Shown here piece after piece: positions 48,626-58,976 of a DNA stretch of 64,000 nucleotides. A program made the position numbers and the translations under genes. The stretch spans positions 82,091-146,090 of the forward strand of contig JAADHR010000199.1 of NCBI GenBank assembly GCA_013151735.1. The letters are read 5' to 3'. The notes beneath the pieces were generated by a model, which did not search any database, was not told the origin of the DNA, and saw nothing but the letters and a program-made list of their open reading frames with translations. The DNA comes from Calditrichota bacterium. Lineage in GTDB: Bacteria > Zhuqueibacterota > JdFR-76 > BMS3Abin05. Numbering within the stretch: position 1 is the stretch's first letter; each line of letters starts with the position of its first letter.

Positions 48626-49012
48626 ATGACAAAAGGCAAAATTCTGGTGGTAGACGATGAGCCCTTTATCAGGCGTTCTCTTGAATTTGTTCTAAAAAAG
48701 CAGGGATACGAGGTGCATACCGCAACCAACGGAGAAGAAGCCCTTGAATTCCTGAACCGTGCCAATGGGGGCAAACCCGACCTGATGTTTTTGGATGTTA
48801 TGATGCCCAAAGTGAATGGTTTCCAGGTGGTTGAGACGGTAAAAAATACCCCCGATTTAAGCAATATTTATGTGATTTTATTAACGGCAAAAGGGCAGGA
48901 AGCCGATCGGCAAAAGGGCTTTGAACTGGGTGCCGATGATTTTATGATTAAGCCCTTTAGTCCGTCACGTTTGCTGGAAAAAGTAGCCACCATTTTATCG
49001 GAAGAAGGATAG
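48626..49012 (+). CDS. single-domain response regulator
   Basis: LVVDDE, LDVMMP, LLTAKG and KPFS are all intact. Confidence 0.95.
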   Translation: MTKGKILVVDDEPFIRRSLEFVLKKQGYEVHTATNGEEALEFLNRANGGKPDLMFLDVMMPKVNGFQVVETVKNTPDLSNIYVILLTAKGQEADRQKGFELGADDFMIKPFSPSRLLEKVATILSEEG

Positions 49013-49014
49013 CA

Positions 49015-49869
49015 ATGGACGCCGCTCTGCAACGTATTGTAACTGAGATAAATAATCTTCCGACATTGCCTCAGGTGGTGGAGTCCGTCATGAGTATGGT
49101 CGAAGATCCCACGACAACGGCAACACAATTGGCGGCGATCATTTCAAAGGATCAGGCGCTGATGTCGAAGGTGCTGAAAGTGGTGAATTCGGCCTACTAC
49201 GGAATGCCGCGCAAAATTACCACCCTTAATCAGGCTACCGTCATTCTTGGATTTAATACGATTAAAAATCTGGTCTTAAGCGCTTCAATTTTTGGTGCAT
49301 TTGACGATCATTATTCGAATCGGCGCTTCAGCCGAATCAAATTCTGGGAGCATTCCATTGGAACAGCCGTGGGTGCCCGGGTCCTTTCGAGACGTATCGG
49401 ATTGGGAAATCCGGAGGAATTGTTTGTGGCCGGGCTGGTACACGACATCGGAAAAGTTGTTATTGACGAATATCTTCATGACGATTTTCTCAAAATACTG
49501 GATATTGTTGAGACACGGCCTGTCCGCATTCTGGATGCCGAGAAGGAAGTTCTTAGTTTTGGGCATCCAATCCTTGGAGAATGGGTCGCCACCAAGTGGA
49601 ATCTGCCTCAAAATTTGGTAACGGTTATTGCTTATCATCACACACCGAGCCTTGCCCATGATTATAAAAAGATGGTCTCCGTTGTTCATCTGGCGGACGC
49701 CATTTCCCGGATCGAAGGGATTGGCTATGGCGGCGATTTACAGACACCGGTTATTGACCCCCAAAGTTGGGAAACGCTCCAAATCCCTGCTGAGGAATTG
49801 GGAGAATTAATTCTTAAAATTAAAGAAGAGTTCAAAAAGGCCACTGTTTTTTTGGCCATGGCAAATTAA
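49015..49869 (+). CDS. HDOD domain protein
   Basis: LPTLPQVV, DQALMSKVLKVVNSAYYG, AGLVHDIGK and KWNLP. Confidence 0.93.
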   Translation: MDAALQRIVTEINNLPTLPQVVESVMSMVEDPTTTATQLAAIISKDQALMSKVLKVVNSAYYGMPRKITTLNQATVILGFNTIKNLVLSASIFGAFDDHYSNRRFSRIKFWEHSIGTAVGARVLSRRIGLGNPEELFVAGLVHDIGKVVIDEYLHDDFLKILDIVETRPVRILDAEKEVLSFGHPILGEWVATKWNLPQNLVTVIAYHHTPSLAHDYKKMVSVVHLADAISRIEGIGYGGDLQTPVIDPQSWETLQIPAEELGELILKIKEEFKKATVFLAMAN

Positions 49870-49933
49870 TTCCTGCGGAAAGATTCTCGATAAGGAACAA
49901 AATGGCAGGCGTACAGAAATCCAGCAGAGGCCA

Positions 49934-51610
49934 ATGACTACAGATAAAATGAACATGCCCGTAATTGACCATTTGGACCCAATAGCAGAAATGGCCAGAC
50001 CCGAATCTGAGGCAGAAGCCTTAAAGGCGGCCTATGAGGATTACAAGCGTCTGTACGGCCTGTCAACGGTTTTTTATGAATCTCATCAGATTTCTGTCGT
50101 TCTGGACCGGGTATTGGAGGCCTTTGGCGAGATTGTGCGTTTTTCGGGAGCCGCTCTTTTTCTCATGGATCCGGCTACAAAGGAAGTTCAGCTCTCCGAG
50201 AGCAGGGATCTTTCTCCTGCGGCTATCCGAAAATTGGAAAATTTCAAGGCGGAAGGTTTTCTGAAATGGGCGCTTAAAAATGACCGAATTTTTCTCTTGC
50301 CAGACAAGGCTATGGCGTCGAAAGCAGCGACCCTTTTTATTCCTCTTGTTGTCAATTCCCTTCCTCTTGGAATTTTGTTGATTTTTGTTGAGTCGGGCGG
50401 GGAAGAAATCTCCGCCAAATTAATGGACCAGTTTACTCTGCTGGCCACACAAGGCGCCATGGCCATTGCAAATGCCAAACTTTACAGAGATTTGCAGCGA
50501 AAAAACCGCACGGTTTCCGAAATCAGAAATTTTCTCACCGGCATCTTAAGCAATATGGCTGACCCGCTCATTGTTTTCAATGAGCGTCAGGAAATCAGGG
50601 TTTTTAACCCCGCAGCCGAGGCCCTCTTTCAGTTGCCGTTAAACCGGGTAATTCACAAGAGATACGAAAATGTTCTGCCGCGAGCCCTTACCACACTATT
50701 TAACAAGGCCTTTCAGTTGGCTCAGCAAGGCGAGAGTTTCCAGGAAGATGATATTCCTTATTTAAATAACGGCCATTTGATTCCACTGGGTATTCGGGCC
50801 TCATCCATTAAATCCCCATCGGGTGCATTTGGAGGCGTAATCATTTCGGTTCGGGATTTATCGGAAGCCAGAGAATTGGTGAATCTGCGAAGAATCGATC
50901 AATTGAAGGATGAATTCATGTCGTCAATTTCCCACGAATTGCGCACGCCGTTAACGGCCATTCAATCCTTCACCGAAATTCTCCTGGATTATAATGAGGA
51001 CGATCCCGAAACCCGGCAGGAGTTTTTGCAGGTGATTCAGAGCCAATCCCATCGATTGTTAACGATTATCGATAACATTCTAATGGTTGCGGAAATCAAT
51101 CGCGAGGGTCTCTCTGTTTCAATCTCTCAATTTTCTTTGCCGGAATTGATACAGGAAATCATCCGTCTCTTTCAGGAAAGAGTGCAAGAAAAATCCATAG
51201 AATTAAAGATTCTCATTCAGGAGGGACTTTCGGAGATCACGACGGACATCCGGTATATTAGGCAGGCGCTTGTAAATATTATGGATAATGCAATCAAATT
51301 CTCTCCGAAGGGGGGTACCATCAAAATCGGGGCAACGGAAACGCCTGCCAACACGGTACAAATTTCCGTGAGCGATTCCGGTGTGGGGATTCCCCCTGAT
51401 AGCACACAGATAATTTTTGAACGGTTTAAACAGTTGGGAAATACGCTAACGGACAAACCCGACGGAACCGGATTGGGGCTCTATATTGCCAAAAAGTTGA
51501 TTGAGAAAATAGGCGGGAGAATATGGGTGGAAAGTGAAAAGGGATCCGGAGCCACGTTTTTTATTGTGTTGCCCCTTGTGAGAATACAGAAAGGTGCGCG
51601 AAATGCCTGA
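49934..51610 (+). CDS. cytoplasmic GAF/PAS sensor histidine kinase
   Basis: GAF, PAS, H-box ISHELRTPL, N-box DNAIKF, G1 DSGVG and G2 GTGLGL are all intact. Confidence 0.93.
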   Translation: MTTDKMNMPVIDHLDPIAEMARPESEAEALKAAYEDYKRLYGLSTVFYESHQISVVLDRVLEAFGEIVRFSGAALFLMDPATKEVQLSESRDLSPAAIRKLENFKAEGFLKWALKNDRIFLLPDKAMASKAATLFIPLVVNSLPLGILLIFVESGGEEISAKLMDQFTLLATQGAMAIANAKLYRDLQRKNRTVSEIRNFLTGILSNMADPLIVFNERQEIRVFNPAAEALFQLPLNRVIHKRYENVLPRALTTLFNKAFQLAQQGESFQEDDIPYLNNGHLIPLGIRASSIKSPSGAFGGVIISVRDLSEARELVNLRRIDQLKDEFMSSISHELRTPLTAIQSFTEILLDYNEDDPETRQEFLQVIQSQSHRLLTIIDNILMVAEINREGLSVSISQFSLPELIQEIIRLFQERVQEKSIELKILIQEGLSEITTDIRYIRQALVNIMDNAIKFSPKGGTIKIGATETPANTVQISVSDSGVGIPPDSTQIIFERFKQLGNTLTDKPDGTGLGLYIAKKLIEKIGGRIWVESEKGSGATFFIVLPLVRIQKGARNA

Positions 51611-52061
51611 TACAGATGTAAACACATTGGATATTCTTTTGTTTACGTCGGGAAATTTTTGGTGGGGCGTGGATGTTTATTTTGTCCAGTTTGTGAAATG
51701 GGGAATTCGGGGGAAAGATCTGAAACCCCTGAAACCCACACAAGCGGCAAGTATCCTGGGAATTCCGCCGGCGCTTGGTTTGGAAGACCAGGGTCAGTTT
51801 TTTCCGGCTATTTTTTTAGCCGGAGCTTCGGAGGATTTTGATTTAAAATCCTTTCAGGGAACGGCCATCTTTTTGGGACATCACCGGAAAAATTTTGTTG
51901 TACTGGCCGATGAAATTGTTGGAACCGAAACCCTGAAAGTTCCCGGTCACATTCGGTCACTGCCTGAACATCTCAAGCCTGTATTTTCCGGAAAAAATAT
52001 CTGGGCTGTGGCCGACATTCGGGGGAATTTGGTTTATTTATTTGAGCCGCCGACGGATTAG
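51603..52061 (+). CDS. divergent CheW-like protein
   Basis: WWGVDVYFVQ, FVVLADEIVG...IRSLPEHL...IWAVA...LVYLFEP follow the CheW pattern. Confidence 0.6.
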   Translation: MPDTDVNTLDILLFTSGNFWWGVDVYFVQFVKWGIRGKDLKPLKPTQAASILGIPPALGLEDQGQFFPAIFLAGASEDFDLKSFQGTAIFLGHHRKNFVVLADEIVGTETLKVPGHIRSLPEHLKPVFSGKNIWAVADIRGNLVYLFEPPTD

Positions 52062-52269
52062 CCCGGCCGTTTTTCAGCCCCGGTTTTAGGGCCGGGGATA
52101 GCCTGCACAAAAAACAGGGGTCCGGCAGACAAATTCTTCCGGCCTGATAGAAAGAAGGAGCTCCAGTATTTTTGGAGATCGGTGGGTGATGCAGCCTGCA
52201 GATGGCATTGCCTCGTGCAGTGTCTGCCATTTTTGACAAAAACAGGACTTGAAACGCGCGATTGGTATT

Positions 52270-53967
52270 ATGGAATACACACAGAATAATAATTACCGCA
52301 ACAAGCGTCTGGGTGAAATTCTTGTTGAAAAGGGTTTGATTTCTCCTGAAGATTTGGAAAAGGCGTTCCGGATGCAGAAAAAAACAGGAGAACGCCTGGG
52401 GAAAATTTTGGTTGATCAGGGTTTTTTAAGCGAAGAAGATTTATTAAAGGCGCTGAGTCTGAAACTCAATATCCCCACGGCAAAAATCGATTCGTATGCC
52501 ATCGATCCCTCCGTGGTTGAAATTATCACCCGCGATATTGCCGAAAAACACAAAATAATTCCCCTGTTCAAGGTGAATGATACACTCACAGTTGCCATGG
52601 CCGATCCCCTGGATGTTTACGTGGTCGATTATTTGCGCCATAAAACAGGACTGAACATTCAGACCGTTCTGGCATCCGAGTCCGATATCCAAAAGGCCAT
52701 TGAAAAATACTATCGTGTACAGAATTCGCTGGATAAAGTCATTCACGACATTCAAATGGACGACACCCTGCTCGAAGAGCCCGCCGCGGAAATGTTTGAG
52801 GACTCTTCAGAAGAAGGGTCCTCCATCGTCAAAGTCGTAAACCTGATTCTCACTCAAGCCATTCGCGATCGGGCCAGCGATATTCATATTGAGCCGGATG
52901 AAAAAATTATGCGGATTCGCAACCGTATTGACGGGATTTTGCACCAGGCATTTACCCTGCCGTTCAAGTTTCATGCCATGGTGGTCTCACGAATTAAAAT
53001 AATGTCGAACCTGGATGTGTCGGAGAGGCGACTTCCACAGGATGGGCGCTTTCAATATAAGGCGGGCGAAAAAATTGTAGATTTGCGGGTTTCTGTTTTG
53101 CCAACGGTGCGGGGTGAAAAGGTCGTGATGCGAATTCTGGATAAATCCGGATTTATTCTGGATCTTTCCCGAATGGGGTTTTCCCCGGAGGTATCGAAAA
53201 AATGGGATTACTTAATCCATCGGCCCCAGGGGCTTATTCTGATTACCGGTCCCACCGGAAGCGGAAAAACGTCGACTCTGTACGCGTCACTCAATGAAAT
53301 TAACACCCCCGACAAAAATATCATTACGGTTGAAAATCCTGTGGAATATAATTTCCCGCTGATTAACCAGGTTCAGGTGAATCCCAAAGCCGGGCTGACA
53401 TTTGCGGCCGGGCTTCGTTCGATTCTCCGCCAGGACCCGGATGTCATTATGGTTGGAGAAATTCGGGATCCGGAGTCGGCGGAAATTGCGCTGAGGGCGG
53501 CACTTACCGGCCATCTTGTGCTGAGTACGCTTCACACAAATGATGCGCCAAGCGCCGTGACGCGGCTGGTTGATATGGGCCTGGAACCTTTTCTGGTGGC
53601 TTCTTCCCTTTTGGGCGTGCTGGCACAGCGTCTTGCTCGGCGGTTGTGTGATGTTTGCAAAACGGAAGTCATATTGTCTCCGGAAAAAATAAGAAGCCTG
53701 GGATTGGGAGAAGATTATCTGACCAAAACATTTTATAAGGCTGAAGGTTGCAGAGAATGCCATCGTTCCGGATACAAGGGGCGGGTAGGCATTCATGAAT
53801 TGCTTCTTGTGGATGATGAACTCCAACGCCTCATCCTGAAAAATGCTACGGATCATCAAATTCGTGAGGTCGCCATCAAACGGGGTATGCGTCCTTTGCG
53901 CTTGGACGGCCTCCGAAAAGCCGCAGAGGGATTAACATCGGTTGAAGAGATCCTTCGGGTAACATAA
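52270..53967 (+). CDS. GspE/PilB-family assembly ATPase
   Basis: RLGEILV N-terminal repeats (MshEN-like), RASDIHIEP, GPTGSGKT, RQDPDVIMVGEIRD, LSTLHTND and a C4 zinc motif. Confidence 0.95.
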   Translation: MEYTQNNNYRNKRLGEILVEKGLISPEDLEKAFRMQKKTGERLGKILVDQGFLSEEDLLKALSLKLNIPTAKIDSYAIDPSVVEIITRDIAEKHKIIPLFKVNDTLTVAMADPLDVYVVDYLRHKTGLNIQTVLASESDIQKAIEKYYRVQNSLDKVIHDIQMDDTLLEEPAAEMFEDSSEEGSSIVKVVNLILTQAIRDRASDIHIEPDEKIMRIRNRIDGILHQAFTLPFKFHAMVVSRIKIMSNLDVSERRLPQDGRFQYKAGEKIVDLRVSVLPTVRGEKVVMRILDKSGFILDLSRMGFSPEVSKKWDYLIHRPQGLILITGPTGSGKTSTLYASLNEINTPDKNIITVENPVEYNFPLINQVQVNPKAGLTFAAGLRSILRQDPDVIMVGEIRDPESAEIALRAALTGHLVLSTLHTNDAPSAVTRLVDMGLEPFLVASSLLGVLAQRLARRLCDVCKTEVILSPEKIRSLGLGEDYLTKTFYKAEGCRECHRSGYKGRVGIHELLLVDDELQRLILKNATDHQIREVAIKRGMRPLRLDGLRKAAEGLTSVEEILRVT

Positions 53968-54049
53968 TTCCTGTGGAAATACCTTTTTGCGGAAACGATA
54001 CCTCACGGGTCAATTTTGAACGGGATTCCAATCAAAAAGTGAAGTCAGA

Positions 54050-55261
54050 ATGGAAAAATACAAATTTCGCGCGCGTGATTTAACCGGAAATGTTCACAAA
54101 GGGATCATTTCTGCCGAATCTCTGGATGATGCCGTTCATTCTTTGCGAGAAAAGAACTACTATCCTGTCGTTTTAACCCGGCAACGCGGAAACCGGCTGG
54201 ACAAACTCTCGGCTGGCAGTGCCGTGCGGATTTCCTCCAAAGAATTGATGTTGTTTTGCACGCAATTGGCAACCCTTCTCGGAGCGGGGGTATCGCTGGC
54301 ATCGGCATTATCCACGGTGACAAAACAAATCAAAAATCTTCCCTTTCAAAAAATTGTATCCCATCTGGAAAATGATGTCACTCAGGGGCACTCCTTTTCT
54401 GCCGCGTTGTCAAAATATCCCAAAATATTTCCGCCCCTGCTGGTGAATATGATCAAAGCGGGCGAGGAAAGCGGCCAACTGGATAAAGTACTTGAGAATT
54501 ACGCCCATTTTCAGGAAAGAAAGGAAGCCGTTAAATCGGAAATCAAAAATGCCATGATGTACCCCATTTTTTTGGTCATTTTGTCGGTTGGAATTATGGC
54601 GTTTTTGTTGATCTATATTCTTCCCAAGTTTGTTTCGGTTTTAAAAGAATCTCATGCGCAACTTCCGGTAACCACCCGAATCATGATCGGAAGCAGCGAA
54701 TTTCTTCAGCATTATTATGCCCATATCTTCTTTGGGGCTATAGTTTTTCTTCTGGTTGGCCGACAAATAATAAAAACCCGCTCCGGCAGAAAGATGTGGG
54801 ATTACCTGAAGCTGCATCTTCCCATTATGGGGAGTTTGGTGTACAAAATGGCTCTGGTGCGTTTTTGCAACGTATTTGGAGTGCTGATTCGCAGCGGGGT
54901 TCCCATTCTTCGATCTCTTGGCATGGCCCAAAATGTGGTGAATAATGTGATCTTTGAAAATGTGCTTCGTCAAATCAATTCAAATTTGACAATGGGCAAA
55001 AATCTGGGGGATGAAGTCGTCCGAACGCGCTTTTTTCCGCCCATGTTTGTTCAAATGGTAATTGTGGGAGAAAAGACCGGCCGCCTGGATCAAATGATGA
55101 TGAAGATAGCCGATTATTACAACAAGGAAGCCAATCATACACTTAAGCGCCTGGTTGCCGCGCTGGAACCCACGATGCTGGTGGTCATGGCTTTATTGGT
55201 CGGCTTTATTGCATTGTCTCTTGTTTCCGCATTAATGAGCGTGCTTAATACAATTAAATAG
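54050..55261 (+). CDS. PilC/GspF inner-membrane platform protein
   Basis: QLATLLGAGV, GEESGQLD, YP, GEKTGRLD and LEP. Confidence 0.95.
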   Translation: MEKYKFRARDLTGNVHKGIISAESLDDAVHSLREKNYYPVVLTRQRGNRLDKLSAGSAVRISSKELMLFCTQLATLLGAGVSLASALSTVTKQIKNLPFQKIVSHLENDVTQGHSFSAALSKYPKIFPPLLVNMIKAGEESGQLDKVLENYAHFQERKEAVKSEIKNAMMYPIFLVILSVGIMAFLLIYILPKFVSVLKESHAQLPVTTRIMIGSSEFLQHYYAHIFFGAIVFLLVGRQIIKTRSGRKMWDYLKLHLPIMGSLVYKMALVRFCNVFGVLIRSGVPILRSLGMAQNVVNNVIFENVLRQINSNLTMGKNLGDEVVRTRFFPPMFVQMVIVGEKTGRLDQMMMKIADYYNKEANHTLKRLVAALEPTMLVVMALLVGFIALSLVSALMSVLNTIK

Positions 55262-55351
55262 AAAAACAGGCCTGTAACACAAGATGTCGGGGGACAGGAA
55301 GAATAGATAGATCATCGCAAAACACGAACAAGAAAAAGGAGGACTGTCAAC

Positions 55352-55882
55352 ATGTTTCGAAAAGTTCAAACTGAAAAGGGTTTTTCCCTGGCTGAACTGC
55401 TCATCGTGATTGCCATTATCGGCATTCTGGCCGGAATTGTTATCATGAATATGAACGGCTCGGAGAAAAGCGCGAAAGCAGCCAAACTTCGGGGAAATCT
55501 GGTAACCCTGAGAGAAGCGGTTTTGGCTTACAAAATGGATCATGGACATTACCCGTGTGTAAGTTCCGATTACAACCACAGTGGGAATGAAACCGTTTTT
55601 AAGGAACAATTGACCTGGTTTACGGACAAGAGCGGCAGACCCTCAAAAACCCGAACAGCCACCTATGCTTACGGACCCTATTTGCAATCGTTTCCGGATG
55701 AACCCATTACCGGTTCCACGAAAGTGGTTATTGATCGGACCCATGAACGCATTCTGGACGATCTCAAGAATTATGTGTACAATTCGAGCAGTGCCACGGG
55801 GGGCTGGTACTATGAAGCAAAAACCGGACAGGTTGTGGCGAACCTGAATAAGAACTTTGGCAAAGAATATGCCTTTTATTAA
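55352..55882 (+). CDS. major pilin / GspG-like pseudopilin
   Basis: Class III signal peptide KG|FSLAELLIVIAIIGIL with E5; AGGAGG RBS; LREAVLAYKMDHGHYP. Confidence 0.9.
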   Translation: MFRKVQTEKGFSLAELLIVIAIIGILAGIVIMNMNGSEKSAKAAKLRGNLVTLREAVLAYKMDHGHYPCVSSDYNHSGNETVFKEQLTWFTDKSGRPSKTRTATYAYGPYLQSFPDEPITGSTKVVIDRTHERILDDLKNYVYNSSSATGGWYYEAKTGQVVANLNKNFGKEYAFY

Positions 55883-55906
55883 TGGGTTAAGGGGGAAAGA
55901 ACAGAG

Positions 55907-56329
55907 ATGCGCTTTCCCCTTTTTTCTCTATCGGATTCAAGGTTCATACGTGCAATGAAAAACGATGAAGCAGGCTTTTCGCTGACGGAAATGGTTGTGT
56001 CGATTGCTCTGCTGGGGATCATTTCCACATCATTGCTTATGGCTTTGCAGATCCTGTCAGCCCGAACAATTGACCTCCAGAAGCGAACGCAGGCGTTGAT
56101 GTTGGTACAATCGGGTTTGGAAAAGGTTGTATTTGAAAACAATCGAAATGGTTTTGACTGGCTTCAAGCCAGGAATTTCCCCGATGAACAGGATGCGGAG
56201 GGTCTAAAGGGTTTTGTTCGCAGCACCTCATTCAAAAAACTCTCTTCCACTCTTAAGGAGGTTGTTGTTCGTGTTTCCTGGAAAGGAGGCCGGAAAGTTA
56301 CGGCGCTATGGGTAAGAAAAACAAAATGA
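55907..56329 (+). CDS. minor pilin (PilV/GspI-like)
   Basis: AG|FSLTEMVVSIALLGII; alternative start at 55955. Confidence 0.85.
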   Translation: MRFPLFSLSDSRFIRAMKNDEAGFSLTEMVVSIALLGIISTSLLMALQILSARTIDLQKRTQALMLVQSGLEKVVFENNRNGFDWLQARNFPDEQDAEGLKGFVRSTSFKKLSSTLKEVVVRVSWKGGRKVTALWVRKTK

Positions 56330-56829
56330 TTCTCCGACAAAAATGGGAAAGTGCGGAACGTGGTTTTACGCTTATTGAGCTTTTGCTGGTTGCTTCTCTT
56401 TCCGGTATTTTGTTTGGAATTATTTTTCAGCTTATCCACGTGAGTGAAATCGGGTTTAACCGTGGCTGGCATAAATCCGATTTCTACCGAAGTGCCCAGA
56501 GAGCCCTTTTGCTTATTTCTTCTGAAGCAAGGGGCGCAAATGAGCTTGCCGTTATCAATCCCGAAACGCTTCAACTCACAACAAATAAAGAAACCATCCG
56601 ATATAAAATTCAGACGGATTCAGAATCGCAATGGATTGTACGGCAGCTCTACCAACCTGTTCAGAAGGAATGGATCAACGATCCCACAGAACCAATCGCC
56701 GCTGTTCAAATGAATTCTTCCATTGGAAACTTGCAATTCATACTTACAAGAATCGCGTCCGGTTACTATCAAATTACTCTGAAGAACAACACGGATCAAT
56801 TGTTTGTTTCATGCTTTTTGCGAAAATAA
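56326..56829 (+). CDS. minor pilin (PilW/GspJ-like)
   Basis: RG|FTLIELLLVASLSGIL. Confidence 0.85.
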   Translation: MILRQKWESAERGFTLIELLLVASLSGILFGIIFQLIHVSEIGFNRGWHKSDFYRSAQRALLLISSEARGANELAVINPETLQLTTNKETIRYKIQTDSESQWIVRQLYQPVQKEWINDPTEPIAAVQMNSSIGNLQFILTRIASGYYQITLKNNTDQLFVSCFLRK

Positions 56830-56852
56830 GGGCGTATGATATCAGACAGCCA

Positions 56853-57260
56853 ATGAAACGGGTTTATTCAAATGAAAATGGGGGACTGTTGATTGTTCTG
56901 CTGCTGCTGTTTGTGCTGCTGATGGGAATCATCATCGCCCTAACCGGGTTTTTATGGGCACAACATGAGGCGCTGCAGAATTCGGAAACCGCGACAAAGG
57001 CATTTTATTTTGCACAATCGGGACTGGCAGATTGCCTGGCCAACCCAACCATTCATGCGATTGATACGACCAATGTTGGCGAAGGGCAATTTGTTGTGAC
57101 AGTGCAGTCCCTTGGCAGCGGTGGAAAATATTGGATTCGTTCGACAGGGATGTACAGGCAAAAAAAACGAACCCTTTCGGTTTTGATTGTGAAGCGAAAA
57201 AAATCGGGTATTAAAATCCTCGATTGGCAGGATTCTTACATTAAACAAGTGATTGACTGA
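56853..57260 (+). CDS. PilX/GspK-like minor pilin
   Basis: ENG|GLLIVLLLLFVLL (no E5) and KAFYFAQSGL...IRSTG; true start probably ATG 56853, not 56631. Confidence 0.75.
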   Translation: MKRVYSNENGGLLIVLLLLFVLLMGIIIALTGFLWAQHEALQNSETATKAFYFAQSGLADCLANPTIHAIDTTNVGEGQFVVTVQSLGSGGKYWIRSTGMYRQKKRTLSVLIVKRKKSGIKILDWQDSYIKQVID

Positions 57261-58976
57261 ATGATGGGCAGACGTTTACATTTTACATCCAGGACAACCG
57301 TTTTCGGAATGGATTGGGGACATCACTCTGTAAAAGTGGTCGGTCTGCAAAAGAAAGGCGGCACATTCAGGTTAACCCACTGTGCTGTTTTTACCGTGCC
57401 CTCCGATAAAGAGAGTGTTTCTGTTGAGGAAAAGATTGCTCAAAAAATAGATGCCTGGCATGGAAGGGACGCGGCTATCGTTGTTGGTGTGGGTGGAAAC
57501 GATGTGATTGCCCGCTATATAAAATTGCCGGATATGCCTGAAGGAGAGTTTCGAAAAGCAGCGCTCTGGGAGGTCCGCGATCAATTATATTTTGGGGTGG
57601 AAGACGCAATATTGTGGGCGGATTACCTGGGGAAGATTACGGAAGGAGCGGTGAAAAAAACACACGGTGTGGTTTATGCCGTTCGAAAAAGCGCGGTCTT
57701 CGACAGACTGCGGAACCACCAAAAATCCACCTTACAGCCCCGGATGATTGTTCTCTCGGCGGAAGCCGATCGTCTGGCCTGGCACCGTCATACAAAAGAG
57801 CCCGTTCTGCTCCTGAATATCGGATATTCACGGACCCAAATTTCAATTGTCCGGCAGAGGAAGGTTGTTTTTCTTCGGGATGTTAATTTTGGCACCGGGC
57901 AAATTCAGACTGAGATTTCCTCAAATCTGGGAATTTCTGACCGCGAAGCGGAATCGGTTATGAAGCGGATTCGTTTGGAAAACGGTGTAATCACGCTTCC
58001 CGGCTCATCATATTCCAAGCAGGATATGGAATTTCTATTTCATTTTATTGAGATAGCCCTTGAACCTCTGGTCGATGAAATTCAATTATCGCTGCAATTT
58101 TTTTCAAGCCAGCTTCACGAGAGTGTAATAGAGATCAGTTTGCTGGGTGGAGGAGCGCTGATAAGCGGCTTTAAGCCGTATCTGGAAGACAAAATTGGTT
58201 TGCCGGTTGATATTAATAATCCGTTTCAATCCATTGAAATAGATGAAAATGATTTTGACAGAGAGTCGCTTTATAAAATAGCATCCCTTTTTTCCACAGC
58301 CGTTGGTTTGGCCAAGAGCCGGTTTGCGTCAAATAAACAGTCTCTCAACCTGTTGGAAATTATTAAAGAAAAGGAAAAAACCGAGAGAAAAAAGGGTGCC
58401 GCTTTCCGAATCGCATCGTTGTCTGCAGTCCTTTTTATATTGATTCTTGGATTTTTCTTTTCTCAAAAAACAACAGCCCTGCAGAACAAAAAGATTGTTC
58501 TGGATGCAAAATACAAAGCAATTCAAAATCGTTTGAAATTATTGAAAGAGCTGGAGGAAAAAACCGGATTACTGAGCTCAAAGTTCAAAACATTACTGGA
58601 GATTAAGGGAGAGCAGCCGCGCTGGTCCATTATTCTGAAATCTCTGGGACGCACGCTTCCGGAAGGCACGTGGATTACGGATTTTAAGGGGGCACGTGCA
58701 GAGCAAACAGACACTGCGGGAGGCGATCCGGATAGTCCCGAAGAAGAAACGGATGCGGCCTATTGGCAATTGAGCCTCAAGGGGAGATCCTTTTCAGGGG
58801 CAAACGTGCGGATTTTTTACAATCAATTGCAGAACATGCCCTATTTTTCGGATGTCATCATTACCCGCATCGCCCGTGCGGAAAACGAGCAGGCCGATAA
58901 TCTCCTTGAATTTGAGATCAACTGTCAAATGGCAAAGAATTTTAGTCAGACCGTACAGGCAAGAGATGAACATTAA
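57261..58976 (+). CDS. fused PilM-PilN alignment protein
   Basis: N-terminal PilM (FGMDWGHHSVK, LNIG, LLGGGA, INNPF, AVGLA), then TM, coiled coil and PilN (LPEGTWIT, LKGRS, MPYFSDV) in one frame. Confidence 0.88.
   Translation: MMGRRLHFTSRTTVFGMDWGHHSVKVVGLQKKGGTFRLTHCAVFTVPSDKESVSVEEKIAQKIDAWHGRDAAIVVGVGGNDVIARYIKLPDMPEGEFRKAALWEVRDQLYFGVEDAILWADYLGKITEGAVKKTHGVVYAVRKSAVFDRLRNHQKSTLQPRMIVLSAEADRLAWHRHTKEPVLLLNIGYSRTQISIVRQRKVVFLRDVNFGTGQIQTEISSNLGISDREAESVMKRIRLENGVITLPGSSYSKQDMEFLFHFIEIALEPLVDEIQLSLQFFSSQLHESVIEISLLGGGALISGFKPYLEDKIGLPVDINNPFQSIEIDENDFDRESLYKIASLFSTAVGLAKSRFASNKQSLNLLEIIKEKEKTERKKGAAFRIASLSAVLFILILGFFFSQKTTALQNKKIVLDAKYKAIQNRLKLLKELEEKTGLLSSKFKTLLEIKGEQPRWSIILKSLGRTLPEGTWITDFKGARAEQTDTAGGDPDSPEEETDAAYWQLSLKGRSFSGANVRIFYNQLQNMPYFSDVIITRIARAENEQADNLLEFEINCQMAKNFSQTVQARDEH

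Noticed and set aside
52203-52219. sigma54 promoter upstream of pilB (TGGCATTGCCTCGTGCA)
   Set aside because: GG and GC are 11 nt apart; sigma54 requires exactly 10.
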